From: an uncultured cyanobacterium
GTDB taxonomy: Bacteria; Cyanobacteriota; Cyanobacteriia; Cyanobacteriales; CAWCAG01
Assembly: GCA_963793425.1 (NCBI GenBank)
Contig: CAWCAG010000005.1
Span: forward strand, 832,001 to 896,000
DNA: 64,000 bases
Direction: 5' to 3'
The notes beneath the pieces were generated by a model that worked only from the letters and a program-made list of their open reading frames with translations, was not told the DNA's origin and searched no databases. Every line of letters starts with the position of its first letter. Positions within the stretch are counted from its first letter, which is position 1. Both the position numbers and the translations under genes were made by a program. Positions 31,669 through 43,029 of this stretch are shown piece by piece.

Positions 31669-31709
31669 ATTCCCTATTATGCTATTGATCATTAAACATT
31701 TTCAAACAT

Positions 31710-32675
31710 ATGCAAGAAATTAGTTGGGTATATTTATTAGTGGGATTAGGCTTAGGCATTGTTGGCACTCGCTTAACAAGCAAATCTAAACTAGCAAAAG
31801 CCCCGACTGATTGGGAAGTCCCGGAGCAAGATCCCGTTACCCCTCAACTTACCGAGCAAATAGAAAACCTGCAACAACAGCTTCAACAAACTCAATTAGC
31901 TTATCAAATGGCTGCTCAAATGAGTTCTTTTAAAGCAGGTTTTTTGGCACGAACTTCCCACGAGTTAAGATCCCCTCTTAATAGTTTGATTGGCTTACAC
32001 CAGCTAATTTTGTCAGAATTATGTGATAGCCCTGAAGAGGAACGAGAATTCATTGAACAAGCCCATCAATCTGCCCTGAAGCTGATTAAATTAATTGATG
32101 AAATTATTCAGGTTTCTAAAGTAGAACACGGTACAAATCGTTTAGAAATACGTCCTGTTGGGTTATCTATAATTCTCAATAGTCTTAGTGGTCTTAATCA
32201 TCTTCAGGCAGCTAATAGCAATATTAGACTAGGAGTGATTATCCCTGAATCAGAAGTTTATGTTTTAGCCGACTCCCAATATTTGCTGCAAATTTTGACG
32301 CTTTTGGTTGATACTTCCATTGCTTTTATGGATTCAGGTTCTATTTCTGTCTTCGTTTCTCCAGACCAATCAGAGTTTGTAGAAATATTGTTGGAGATAG
32401 ATTCAGAAGAAAGGATTTGGTATGAACCTGTAAATTTATTAGAACAAATACCAGAACCAAGTATAGAGGTAGCCCGTTCTTCTTATCAAGAACCCGCTAC
32501 AACTCCAGGAATGAAATTGTTGATGGCTCAAACTCTATTAGAACTGATGGGAGGTAAATTAAATATTACTGCAACCCCCCAACAAGAAGAGCCAAATTCA
32601 AAACTTACACAGCTACAGTGTTTGCTTCCTCTCGCTTCTGCTGAGGCTGTAAATCTTGAGCTGAAAGAGATGTAG
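31710..32675 (+). CDS. HisKA protein with degenerate HATPase domain
   Basis: SHELRSPLN H-box; canonical N/G boxes not evident. Confidence 0.85.
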   Translation: MQEISWVYLLVGLGLGIVGTRLTSKSKLAKAPTDWEVPEQDPVTPQLTEQIENLQQQLQQTQLAYQMAAQMSSFKAGFLARTSHELRSPLNSLIGLHQLILSELCDSPEEEREFIEQAHQSALKLIKLIDEIIQVSKVEHGTNRLEIRPVGLSIILNSLSGLNHLQAANSNIRLGVIIPESEVYVLADSQYLLQILTLLVDTSIAFMDSGSISVFVSPDQSEFVEILLEIDSEERIWYEPVNLLEQIPEPSIEVARSSYQEPATTPGMKLLMAQTLLELMGGKLNITATPQQEEPNSKLTQLQCLLPLASAEAVNLELKEM

Positions 32676-33092
32676 TTGAGTAGGAGTTATGAAGGACCAT
32701 GGTAGTAGTGGTATTCTCTTCAAAACCGATATGTTCGTAGAATTTCTGTTGATGAGTTGTCATTAAGTAAACTCTTTCAACTCTACTAAGATGAGGATGA
32801 CTTAGTATCGTTTCTACTAATTTTCCTCCCAAACCAATGCCGCGATACTCTGGATGAATGACTACATCCCAGATAGTGGCGCGATAAACTCCATCGGAAG
32901 TTGCCCTAGCAAAGCCAATTAAGCGTTCTCCATCCCAGATGCTAATGGCTGGATTACTATTGGCAATGGCAATCTCTAAATCCTCTCTGGTGCGCTCTTT
33001 GCCCAAAATGCACCAAGTTTAAACAAGGAAAGCAGTTGCTGAAAATCTATTTTTGACTTGCGATCGCAGAATTGGATATGACGACAATCCAT
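32605..33092 (-). CDS. GNAT acetyltransferase, single-base frameshift near 33000
   Basis: ATG 33092 MDCRHIQFCDRKSKIDF..GAFWAK joins ERTREDLEIAI..DVVIHPEYRGIGLG in the next frame. Confidence 0.85.
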
Positions 33093-33145
33093 TTTTAAGC
33101 ACATCCTGATCTTTTAATGTTTCGTTGGCCTCAGCCAGATTAAAT

Positions 33146-33161
33146 TGTAGCTACATTTACA
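33146..33161. promoter_or_regulatory. NtcA-type site upstream of the GNAT gene
   Basis: TGTA-GCTACATT-TACA = GTA-N8-TAC. Confidence 0.6.
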
Positions 33162-33260
33162 AATTACGCAAGGTTGAATTATAACTTTTGTCAAGAAATC
33201 TTGACAAAAAAACGGGCGTAGAATTCTACACCCATGACAATTTTGAAAATAACTTACAGT

Positions 33261-33536
33261 TTAAGCTGTAACAGCATCTTGAGTTGCGGGATAGACGCTA
33301 ACTTTTTTGCGGCGTTTATCTTTTCTTTCAAAAGTAACTACACCATCAACCAAAGCAAACAAAGTGTCATCTTTGCCACGACCAACATTACTGCCGGGAT
33401 GATACTTTGTACCGCGCTGGCGTATTAAAATACTGCCAGCAGAAACAGCCTGACCACCATAACGCTTAACCCCTAATCGTTTTGAATTAGAGTCGCGACC
33501 GTTACGAGTACTACCAGTACCTTTCTTATGAGCCAT
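33261..33536 (-). CDS. rpmA: 50S ribosomal protein L27
   Basis: [24 protein letters not shown]. Confidence 0.99.
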   Translation of the reverse strand: MAHKKGTGSTRNGRDSNSKRLGVKRYGGQAVSAGSILIRQRGTKYHPGSNVGRGKDDTLFALVDGVVTFERKDKRRKKVSVYPATQDAVTA

Positions 33537-33577
33537 TTTTTTCTCCCTTATGTAAGATAACAACTAAATAACAAAAA

Positions 33578-33964
33578 CTATTCTTCTTCCCCAGAAGAAT
33601 CTTGCGCTGTATCTGCTTCTTCGTTAGCTACAGCAGCCAGAACATCTCCATTCATGGTAATAGAATTAATCATTAAGCGGGTTAATTCTTGACGGTGACC
33701 ACGCTTTTTGCGGGTTTTCTTCTTCGGTTTCATTTTATAGACAAGAACTTTACGTCCTCGGCTATGGCTCATGATTGTACCTTCGACAGTAGCGCCTTCA
33801 ACTATAGGCTGACCGATGGTAACTTCATCATCATGGTTGACGAGTAAAACCTGATCAATGTTGTAACTACTATCTTCTTCGCCAGCAAGACGATTTATGT
33901 CATAAAAACGACCGGGTTCAACTTTTAGTTGACTTCCCCCGATCTCAATAATTGCGTAAGTCAT
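33578..33964 (-). CDS. rplU: 50S ribosomal protein L21
   Basis: [27 protein letters not shown]. Confidence 0.98.
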   Translation of the reverse strand: MTYAIIEIGGSQLKVEPGRFYDINRLAGEEDSSYNIDQVLLVNHDDEVTIGQPIVEGATVEGTIMSHSRGRKVLVYKMKPKKKTRKKRGHRQELTRLMINSITMNGDVLAAVANEEADTAQDSSGEEE

Positions 33965-34306
33965 GGGATTTTTTGTAAATTAAGTTGCCGTACAGGTAGC
34001 AAAAACTATCTGTTTTTACTTTCTTAATGTCGTGAACCTGATCCGAGCAGGAGTTAGACACACAGTCTTCAATATTCTTCTATTGGCGGTAGTAATGTCA
34101 ACTACTGAGAAACTGTGGAACGAACATTATCTGCTCTAAAAGCAGAAATGAAACCTAATCACAATACTAAATGAAAATCTGTTATTGCTGAAGGATTCAA
34201 AAAGCCCTTAATTTCGACAGCAATTTTCTCTCCCTGGATGTTCGTAATATTCATTATGCGTTTCTCTAGCTAGGATAGAAATATTAATAACCATCGCTAA
34301 TTCTCT

Positions 34307-35053
34307 ATGTTGCTACATCTATGTACTTGGCAAGAAGTGGAGGCATATCTCAAAAAATCTCCAGGTATCATTATTCCTATCGGTTCAACAGAACAACATG
34401 GCCCTACGGGATTAATTGGTACGGATGCCATTTGTGCTGAGGTGATCGCTAAAGGAGTGGGAGAAGCAACTGAAGCTTTGGTAGGGCCAACAATCAATGT
34501 TGGTATGGCTCTTCATCACACCAACTTCCCTGGTAGTATTAGCCTACGGCCAAGCACCCTCATTCAAGTAGTGGAAGACTATGTTACTTGTTTGGTCAAC
34601 TCAGGATTTACCCATTTCTTTTTTATTAATGGTCATGGGGGAAATATGGCTACTTTGAAAGCAGCTTTTGCAGAAACTTATTACAACTTATCCCATACCA
34701 ACTTAGATAATACTGAAAAAGTGAAGTGTAAGTTAGGTAACTGGTTTATGTGTAGATCAGTTTATCAATTAGCCAGAAAACTCTATGGCGCTCGCGAAGG
34801 TTCCCACGCTACTCCTAGCGAGGTAGCTTTAACTCAATATGTCTACCCCGATATGATTAAAGAAGCGCTTCTATCTCCAGAAGTTGCTTCCGGACATCCT
34901 ATTTATAGTGCGGCTAACTTCCGCCTCCGCTACCCTGATGGGCGCATGGGTTCTGATCCTAGCTTAGCAACCCCAGAAAGAGGGCAGCAGTTTTATGAGT
35001 TAGCTGTTCAAGATTTAAGCAAAACTTATACAGAGTTTTTGCAACAGGAATAA
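34307..35053 (+). CDS. Creatininase family amidohydrolase
   Basis: PIGSTEQHGP..TD, NGHGGN, SHA. Confidence 0.93.
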   Translation: MLLHLCTWQEVEAYLKKSPGIIIPIGSTEQHGPTGLIGTDAICAEVIAKGVGEATEALVGPTINVGMALHHTNFPGSISLRPSTLIQVVEDYVTCLVNSGFTHFFFINGHGGNMATLKAAFAETYYNLSHTNLDNTEKVKCKLGNWFMCRSVYQLARKLYGAREGSHATPSEVALTQYVYPDMIKEALLSPEVASGHPIYSAANFRLRYPDGRMGSDPSLATPERGQQFYELAVQDLSKTYTEFLQQE

Positions 35054-35075
35054 TTCCCCAGCCATACCATTAATA

Positions 35076-36371
35076 TCAAAAAATAAACCCTAACTTTAAC
35101 TGCCAGTTTTGCTCTTCAGTACGAATAATCTCAATTTTTTGTAGAAACTCACGAAAATAAAATCTTCGTTCTGCTTCAGATAAATCTAACCAAAATTGGG
35201 GCAAAGATACAGCTTGGGCGATCGCTTGTAAATTAACAGGAGGGAGTTGAGCTAATTTGGCTTTAATTTGAGCAATTTCTTGATTCAATTTGTAGCGACG
35301 CAAAGCAACAGTTTCTTCATCGAAGATACCTTGTTCTTGTAAGGTAGGTAGCTGAAGTATAATCTCTTCTTTTGTGGCGATATCTCCTTGAAGACTTTGT
35401 TTAATACCTTCTAAATTAGGGCCTTTCATTTGTGCCACAGCTAAAGGGAGTTCCTGACAAATGAGTTCAATAGTTTGTTGAAGAACTTTTTGATAAGCGA
35501 TCGCTTTACATTTAGGTTTTTGGGGGCAACTAATCGGACGTAAATAAAGGTAGTTATATTTTTTATTTCTGGTTGTAACTTGGGTAATCGTCATCGCTGA
35601 GGTGCATTGCTGACAAACCACTAAACCGGCCAAAGAACGAGGCGCACTGGCTGTACGGGTTGCCAGAAAGCTATTCCGACGCAATAAACGGTCAATTTGA
35701 GCAGCTTCTTCTGAGGAGATAATGGCTATATGGGTATTAGTGATAACTTCACCACTTTTATAAGCTAAATCACCGCGATAAACTGGGTTTGTTAACCAGC
35801 GCTTTCCTGTAGTAACAGAAATTTTCTTACCATATTTATTCTCTAAATAGCGTACTGCTCCCCGCAGAGAACCATAAATTAAAAAACGTTCAAAAAACTC
35901 TTTTACCACTGGTGCTGTACTGCGATCAATGATATAACGGTCTTTGCCACGACGATAGCCATAAGGAGCTTTCCCTGGAGGGGGTAAAGCTTTGAGGCGG
36001 TTGCGGGCATGGCCTTGGCGCAGACGATGGCAATTTTGGTTCTTGGTAATCTCGGCTGCGAGTTGCCACAAATTCCCTTGCTGTTCCCCTTCTACAGAAC
36101 TATAAGGTTGTTCTGTGGCGATAACCTCAATATCCATCTTTGCCAACTTTGTGAGGCGATCGCTCACTTCTTCTAAAGATGTTCCTAACTCTTCTAAGCG
36201 GCGAATAAGAAGATATTCAGGAGATTCATCTTCACAGTCCAAAAACATTTGTTCAAGCTGTTGCCGTTCCCCTAAGTCTTGATAAACTCTATCTATCTCT
36301 AAGCCCCATATTTCTGGCTCTGGGGAAGGCTCTAGTAAAGGATCGCTATAGATATAAGCGAAGATTTTCAT
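35076..36371 (-). CDS. Serine recombinase-family protein (resolvase-like N-terminus + recombinase + Zn ribbon), apparently degenerate active site
   Basis: APYGYRR, LTNPVYRG, AIISSEE, LAGLVVCQQC; N-terminus AYIYSDP instead of YxRVS. Confidence 0.8.
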   Translation of the reverse strand: MKIFAYIYSDPLLEPSPEPEIWGLEIDRVYQDLGERQQLEQMFLDCEDESPEYLLIRRLEELGTSLEEVSDRLTKLAKMDIEVIATEQPYSSVEGEQQGNLWQLAAEITKNQNCHRLRQGHARNRLKALPPPGKAPYGYRRGKDRYIIDRSTAPVVKEFFERFLIYGSLRGAVRYLENKYGKKISVTTGKRWLTNPVYRGDLAYKSGEVITNTHIAIISSEEAAQIDRLLRRNSFLATRTASAPRSLAGLVVCQQCTSAMTITQVTTRNKKYNYLYLRPISCPQKPKCKAIAYQKVLQQTIELICQELPLAVAQMKGPNLEGIKQSLQGDIATKEEIILQLPTLQEQGIFDEETVALRRYKLNQEIAQIKAKLAQLPPVNLQAIAQAVSLPQFWLDLSEAERRFYFREFLQKIEIIRTEEQNWQLKLGFIF

Positions 36372-36705
36372 TGCTAACCGATGAGCTTAAAAGAATCTGG
36401 AATTCTATTTAGGACAAATAAATTATGATTCTGGGGAAAATTTCTACCTTTGGTTAGTCTACAACTTCCAGGAAAAAACTTAAAACTTCTCACAAGCAAA
36501 AAAAATAGTGACACGACAAATCCAACCTTCTGGTTCAACCAAAAATCTTTTTTATACCGCGTCACTAATCAATAACATTTGCTCCTAAACGTATTATTTG
36601 CCTACTCTTAGCTATTAAACAACGGCCAAATGTCGCAAAGGCAAGCACTTTTTCTCAGCACTTTGGCGTATACAAAGTAGCTAATAGCACTAGATATTGC
36701 TTCTT

Positions 36706-37230
36706 TTACTGAACTGCTTCTACTTGGGCTTGAGAAAAGTAAAGCCAATTATTGCAACTTGAATCAGCACACTTAGCTTCGAGTGCAAAACTCTTAGCTT
36801 CGTTAGTACCTACCAACAAATTCTTGATTTCTCCTGGTACTACTGTTTCTGAGGCAAACATTAGTCCATCCAAATAGAGATTAACGGTAATAGGGCTGCT
36901 TTTAGCTTGGGCATCATGGATACCAAACTGAAGTTTTAATAGAAGTCCGCCACTATTTATCTCTGGTAGTTTACAAGTCATTGCTGCCCCAGGGTAAGCT
37001 CGCATAACTCCATTGAGAAACTGTCTATTAACAGAAAAATAATTCCTAGTTGCTTCAAAATCATTACTTTTTTTACCATCAATATCTACACAAGGTAGAT
37101 CCAGCAAAAAAGCGGCTTCTTGGGCAGCTAAGGCAGAACTTTGTGTAACTACCAAAACAACAGAGGCGATCGCCGCAGCGAGAAATTTAACAGGTTGCAT
37201 AAACAAGCTAAAGGTTTTAGGTTTAAACAT
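36706..37230 (-). CDS. Secreted protein, possible NPCBM-like carbohydrate-binding domain
   Basis: Signal peptide; FGIHD..VNLYLDG beta-sandwich pattern. Confidence 0.65.
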   Translation of the reverse strand: MFKPKTFSLFMQPVKFLAAAIASVVLVVTQSSALAAQEAAFLLDLPCVDIDGKKSNDFEATRNYFSVNRQFLNGVMRAYPGAAMTCKLPEINSGGLLLKLQFGIHDAQAKSSPITVNLYLDGLMFASETVVPGEIKNLLVGTNEAKSFALEAKCADSSCNNWLYFSQAQVEAVQ

Positions 37231-37402
37231 TCTCTAATTTGAGATTTAGAGTTTTAAAAGTTTAACTTTTCTTACAAGCTTGATTTTAGGCGATTTAAGT
37301 ATGAATTAACTATGGGCATTTGGGGAATGATTGATTTAACATCAAAGCAGTCAACAAAATGTTCCTCGCCAATTCATCATTTAACTGTCTAATCAGCTTC
37401 CT

Positions 37403-39712
37403 ATGACCAAGCAGTCGGTTGATAACATAGTTTCCTCATCCCTGGAAACCCTCAAGCCCACATTGGACTTGCCAACGAATTTATTAGATTTAACTGGTGC
37501 TTTGGTGACAGTTTTAGATCCTTCAGGATATATTGTTTACAGCAATCTAGCCTGTAGCAATTTGAGCGGTTATTCTTCTCAAGAACTGTTAGGACAGCAT
37601 ATTTGGGAATTACTTTCTTCTTCTTGCCCCAGAGAATCGTTGCAAAAAGATTTTTCTCAATTGAACTTGAAACAATTTCCTGTTCGACAAGAAAATTCCT
37701 GGCTAACCAAACAAGGAGAAACAAAGTGGATCGCTTGGACGAACAATACTTGTTTAGACGAGAATGGCAAAACAGAATACATTGTTGCTACAGGTATTGA
37801 TATTACCCACCGCAAGCTTGCAGAAGTAGAATTGCAAAATCAATGCAATCTTCTCCAATCAGTAATTCAAGCTACTCCAGATGCGGTTTTTGTTAAAGAT
37901 TTACAAGGTAACTTTCAACTAATCAACGAACCTTTTGCCCACCTGTTCAACAAAAAAGTTGAAGATATTATTGGGAAACATATCAGTTCTATTTTCCCTC
38001 CCGAAGTATGCGTACAATTGAAAGTAGATGATGCCCAAATCATTGCCTCTGGCCAGCCAGAGACTTTTGAAGAAAATGTCTTTATTCAAGGGGAATGGTG
38101 TACTTATCTAACAACGAAAGCTCCTTACCGTGACACAGAAGGTAATGTTCTTGGTGTAGCTGGTTTTGCCAAAGATGTTAATTACCTCAAACAAATTCAA
38201 AAACAGTTAAAGGAAGCAAATGGAGAATTGGAAAAAAGGGTACAGGAACGTACTAAAGAATTGCAAAAAGCTAATCAACAATTGCAACGTTATGTAGAAA
38301 ATTCCCCCATGGCTGTGGTGGAATGGAATAATGAATTTTGTATCCAAGTTTGGTCGCCAGCGGCAGAACAAATGTTTGGTTGGCAAGAACAGGAAGTTTC
38401 CGATAAATGTCTTTTTAAATGGCGATTTTTCCATGAAGAAGACATGGAAATCATCCAAGATACCGCCCAAGCTTTACTTGATGGTGAACAAAAGAGTGAA
38501 GTTAATTCTATTCGCAACTATACCAAAACAGGTAAACTAATTCACTGCGAATGGTATCACTCCGTATTATTCGACGAAACTGGTGAATTTATTTCCATAC
38601 TCTCTTTAATATTAGATGTCAGCGAACGTAAACAAGCCCAAGAAGTGCGAGATCGCTTTTTCGATTTGTCTATGGATATGCTGACCATTGCTAGCAATCA
38701 AGGCTACTTCCTGCAAGTAAATTCAGCAGTAACCAGAATTCTTGGTTATACTCCCCAAGAGTTTATCGCCAAGCCTTATCTTGAGATAATTCATCCTGAA
38801 GATAAGGAAGCAACTTTAGCTGAAGCAAATAAGCTTTTATCTGGTGTTCCCACTCTCTATTTTGAGAATCGCTATCTTAGCCAGGATGGTACTTACAAAT
38901 CTTTAGCTTGGACATCTGTTGCTGTACCAACTGAAGGTATCATGTATGGTGTTGCTCGCGACATTACAGAACGTAAGGAAGCAGAAGCAGCCCTGGAACG
39001 AGCTAACCAAGAATTAGCCCGTTCTAACCAAGAATTAGACCAATTTGCCTCCGTTGCTTCCCATGACTTGCGTGAACCCCTACGTAAAGTTCAAAGTTTT
39101 GCTGAACTTTTAGCAGAAGGATATAGCGATCGCCTTGATGGAAGCGCAGAAAAATATTTGAACTACATTGTAGACGGGGCCCAGAGGATGCAGATCATGA
39201 TCCAAGACCTCTTAACCTATTCTCGTTTAGGCAGGAATGAGATTGCTTTAAAACCAACAAATTTAGAAAAAGTTCTTAAACTAGTTGCTGATGATTTGAG
39301 TATTACTATTGAAGAACATCAGGCCCAAATAGTTTGGGAAAACCTGCCTACAGTACAAGCAAATCCATCAGAGATGATGCAATTATTCCAGAATCTGATT
39401 AGCAATGGGATTAAATTTCATGGCGAAGCAACACCACGAATTAATATTAAAGCTCAACTGCAAAAGAAAAAATGGCTAATCTCTGTTCAAGATAATGGTA
39501 TTGGTATTAATCCTAAGTTTACTGAGCGCATTTTTGTCCTTTTCCAAAGATTGCATAGTCGCAAGAAATATCCAGGTACAGGAATTGGTTTAGCTGTTTG
39601 TCGTAAAATTGTTGAGCATCATGGCGGAAAAATTTGGATAGAGTCTGAGGTTGGGCAAGGGACAACTTTTTACTTTACTTTACCGAAGTACCAAGTTAAT
39701 GATAAATGTTAA
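37403..39712 (+). CDS. Multi-PAS sensor histidine kinase
   Basis: Four PAS/PAC repeats; SHDLREPL H-box; NLISNGIKF; GTGIGL. Confidence 0.95.
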   Translation: MTKQSVDNIVSSSLETLKPTLDLPTNLLDLTGALVTVLDPSGYIVYSNLACSNLSGYSSQELLGQHIWELLSSSCPRESLQKDFSQLNLKQFPVRQENSWLTKQGETKWIAWTNNTCLDENGKTEYIVATGIDITHRKLAEVELQNQCNLLQSVIQATPDAVFVKDLQGNFQLINEPFAHLFNKKVEDIIGKHISSIFPPEVCVQLKVDDAQIIASGQPETFEENVFIQGEWCTYLTTKAPYRDTEGNVLGVAGFAKDVNYLKQIQKQLKEANGELEKRVQERTKELQKANQQLQRYVENSPMAVVEWNNEFCIQVWSPAAEQMFGWQEQEVSDKCLFKWRFFHEEDMEIIQDTAQALLDGEQKSEVNSIRNYTKTGKLIHCEWYHSVLFDETGEFISILSLILDVSERKQAQEVRDRFFDLSMDMLTIASNQGYFLQVNSAVTRILGYTPQEFIAKPYLEIIHPEDKEATLAEANKLLSGVPTLYFENRYLSQDGTYKSLAWTSVAVPTEGIMYGVARDITERKEAEAALERANQELARSNQELDQFASVASHDLREPLRKVQSFAELLAEGYSDRLDGSAEKYLNYIVDGAQRMQIMIQDLLTYSRLGRNEIALKPTNLEKVLKLVADDLSITIEEHQAQIVWENLPTVQANPSEMMQLFQNLISNGIKFHGEATPRINIKAQLQKKKWLISVQDNGIGINPKFTERIFVLFQRLHSRKKYPGTGIGLAVCRKIVEHHGGKIWIESEVGQGTTFYFTLPKYQVNDKC

Positions 39713-39718
39713 ATGAAA

Positions 39719-41358
39719 TTACCAACTAACTCTACCATCTAACTTTTGTTGAGAACTTGGCCGATACCGGATACTCTTTGTAAATCTTCTAGGGATGTAA
39801 AAGGTTGTTCTTGACGAGTGGCAATGATACGTTGGGCTAAAGCTGGGCCGATTCCTGGTAAAGTTTCTAATTCTTTTTGTGTAGCAGTGTTGAGGTTAAC
39901 TAAACCTGAAACAGCATTAGGAGAAGAAACAGTAGTTATTTGAGAACAAGCTTCTTCTTCTGCCTTGATTTTCTCCTGTAGTTTGACGGGAATACCTAAT
40001 ATAGCTGGGGCATATAAACGCTCGAATTCTCTAGAAAAGTGAGCGGCAATGACCGGATTTTCTAAAATTAAAACTGTCTCATCATTGTTATGATTAGCCG
40101 CAGCAGACCAATTATGGGAACCTGTAATCACATTTTTACCATCTATCACAGCCATTTTATGATGTAATTTATCTCCCTCAGCTAATTGTGGTACACCAAC
40201 ATCAGCAATAGGTGTTTGCCAAGGACGATTATTCGCTTCATATTGGCATTTTTGACTTAAAGCAATTCCCAACATATCTAAGCCCTCACTGTAGTTGCGA
40301 AAGGCGAAACTGGGGTCAATTAAACTACTAACTTCAACCCCTTGTTTGTGGCGAGTTTCTAAGACATTAACTAGCTGCTGTTCAGTGAAAACGAAAAGAG
40401 CTAAATTTACTGATTCAGTGCTACTAGCTAAGGTTTTAGCAATTAAGCCATTACTGCTACTCTGCCAAGGCTGGCTAGGGGAGGTGGGAGAAAATTGTAC
40501 AGTTACTTTGGTGTTGCCAATGGTAACTTGTTGGGGAGGGCGAGGGGGCTTTTGTAAACCAAACTTACTATCAGGTTTTCCTGCGGGGCCATCTCCCCAC
40601 ATTAAATTAAACTCTTGGGTAAAGATTTGGGCAAGTTGAGGATTATTAATTTTCAGTAAGTTGTTAGCATTACCACGACTGTCGGGATTGCTAAAGTCTC
40701 CATGTATCCCACTAGTAGTAAAGTTTGCTGAACCCGTCACCACTGTTTGCCCATCCACAACCACAAACTTATGGTGCATCAAATCACTACCTTCAGAACC
40801 ATCAGCAGTATCATCAATTAAGGGAACCCCAGCATTACGCAACATAACCAAAGCATCCCCTTGATTAATTTCCTCGTTGCTAAGCTTCTTATCCTGATTT
40901 TGATCTACCAAAGCAACAAATTCTTGATAACTCCCCCGTTCCCTTGGCTCTAATTTGGTAACTTCTGCGGGGGTTAAATCGCTCCAAGGACGATTGTAGC
41001 TATTCTCAATAATCACCCTAACCTGGACCCCAGCTTGATGTTTTTCATAGAGCGATCGCGCCACACCCGGCAACCGCAATTCTTGGACAGCGATATCAAT
41101 GCTAGATTGAGCAGAATTAATCGTGTCAATAATAACTTGCTCTAAATTATCCCCAGGACGAGTTATTTTACGGTAAGGTTCTTGATAATTTGCGCCTTGA
41201 GCTTGATTATGATTAAAATAAGCCTGAATAAAAGTATCTTGGGGTAATGGCGGGGGGCGATCGCTTTTAACCTCTTCTTGTTTAGGACAACTTCTCAAGA
41301 AAAATAAAAAGGCAATTAAGGCTAAAGGTAGTAGTAAGAAAAGACGACGCACTCTCAT
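39719..41358 (-). CDS. Phospholipase D-like nuclease with C-terminal helix-hairpin-helix (cyanobacterial ComA/ComEA-like); apparent frameshift near 39760
   Basis: Two HxK motifs (MHHKFVVVD, LHHKMAVID); NLNTAT..LPGIG HhH; restoring one base gives GIGPSSQQKLDGRVSW*. Confidence 0.85.
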
Positions 41359-41364
41359 GGAAAA

Positions 41365-41416
41365 TAGGGAGTAGGGAGTAGGGAGTAGGGAGTAGGGAGT
41401 AGGGAGTAGGGAGTAG
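41365..41416. repeat. Heptamer tandem repeat TAGGGAG x7 (STRR-like); a shorter array of the same unit at 52915-52938
   Basis: Directly visible. Confidence 0.9.
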
Positions 41417-41466
41417 AAATATAGCTAATATAAGCTAATTCAATAATAAATGTTTAATGTTTAATG

Positions 41467-42984
41467 TTAACCAAGCCAAGCTACATCTAAATAATTAATT
41501 CGAGCAAAAGGTTCTAAAGCCGCTAGAACTTCGCTGCCATAACTACGGTGGTTAACTCTATTATCTAACAATGCTACACCTCCCCCTGCTTCCCTAACTG
41601 GAATTACCGCTAATTGTAATTCTCTTACTGCCTCTGGCAAAAGATAGAGACGAAACCAGTCTTGACGCTGGCTTTTATAGTAAGCAACTCGGCTAGCTAC
41701 TAGGGGATTTTCTAAAGAAGGAATGGGTAAAGTAGCAATAACTAAAAGTTGGGGAGTAGGTAATTTATCTTGATAGTTACGCCAAAATTCCCAACCACAA
41801 ACTAAAATATTGTTGTCTTCGCATTCAGGGAAAACTGTCTTTTCCACCTGAACTTTAGAACCAAATTCTGAAGCTAAAATTGTAGCTATTTGCGCTTTTA
41901 AAGGTACATCCCCAATAAGAATAACAATGGGTTTTTGTAAGTTACTGCTTAATCTCACTAAAGCCCTAACTTGATGGGTTAAAGCATATTTATATTGAGG
42001 ATTATTAGGTAAAGGCAACCTTTCTGGTAAATAAAGGGGAAGTTCCCGATAACTGTTGGGGGGAAATTTCAAACAGGTTAAATCAGCCAAACCAACTCTT
42101 TGACGATAGGCTTCAGCTTGAGTATCCCGGTCTAAGGCCTTACCAATTAAAATAAAAGGTTGTTGCTGCCAAACCTGGCTAAGCATGGGGGCTACGGAAC
42201 CCGGTGCTATATGGAGGGTAAATTGCCCTTTTTCCCTAACTACAAAAGTCCGCAGCATATAATTATCACTTTGCCAACGCTGCCAAAATTTCTCTATTTT
42301 GCTAGGTAACTGTTTAAAAGCAGCTAAATTGCTTAGTAAATTCCTTAAACTTTCTTGCTCTTCACTATCTAATAAATAACATTCATAGGGATTTTGGGGA
42401 CGAGAAAAAATTGCTTTGGTAAGCTGAATGCGTACATTACGAATTTGCTCAACTTGGGCAACATAGTTAAGCATTAATTCTTCCCATTCCTGGCTACTGA
42501 GATAATGGGTTAGCTGATGTCGAGTCAATTCTTCTAATTCGTTGCCGCCATCAATGAGGGTAGGTATATTTTTGGGAAAGCGTCCTTGATTATGGAGGCG
42601 ATCTTCTAACCAAGAAGAAATGGTTGTGAGTAAAATTCCCGAAAAATTCTCTGCTTCTAACCAGCGATCGCCTGCTTTAAATTCTCGTTTAGTTTCTAAC
42701 CAAGCTTGTAAGGGAGGAATAACTTCTGCAATTAATCTTTGTTGTTCTTGAGAAGTGGTAACTAAGATAACTGGGCCATGCCACAATAAAGCATTGGTGA
42801 GGTAACTTAAAGCATATTGTTCTGTAGTTGTTCCTGTTTGGATTAAGGCCGGACGACCTAAACGCAAAGCCCGTGCCACTAATCTTGCCATGGTTAAATA
42901 GTGAGGCCAATTAGATTCACCTCGTTGGCGTAAAAAATTCCGTAGGGAAGAATGGACTTGTACCTCCAGCACTTTTGCTACCAA
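41467..42984 (-). CDS. DinG-like helicase C-terminal domain protein (likely inactive)
   Basis: LLVIATLPIPS..VALLDNRV..YG Helicase_C_2-like motifs; no clear Walker A. Confidence 0.8.
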   Translation of the reverse strand: MVAKVLEVQVHSSLRNFLRQRGESNWPHYLTMARLVARALRLGRPALIQTGTTTEQYALSYLTNALLWHGPVILVTTSQEQQRLIAEVIPPLQAWLETKREFKAGDRWLEAENFSGILLTTISSWLEDRLHNQGRFPKNIPTLIDGGNELEELTRHQLTHYLSSQEWEELMLNYVAQVEQIRNVRIQLTKAIFSRPQNPYECYLLDSEEQESLRNLLSNLAAFKQLPSKIEKFWQRWQSDNYMLRTFVVREKGQFTLHIAPGSVAPMLSQVWQQQPFILIGKALDRDTQAEAYRQRVGLADLTCLKFPPNSYRELPLYLPERLPLPNNPQYKYALTHQVRALVRLSSNLQKPIVILIGDVPLKAQIATILASEFGSKVQVEKTVFPECEDNNILVCGWEFWRNYQDKLPTPQLLVIATLPIPSLENPLVASRVAYYKSQRQDWFRLYLLPEAVRELQLAVIPVREAGGGVALLDNRVNHRSYGSEVLAALEPFARINYLDVAWLG

Positions 42985-43029
42985 TCCTAAAATTGTTCAT
43001 TATTAATTTAATCTAAGTTGGCTAATAAG

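Noticed and set aside
35076..36371. Integrated prophage or excision element
   Set aside because: No att-like repeats, phage genes or interrupted target gene seen; catalytic motif appears absent
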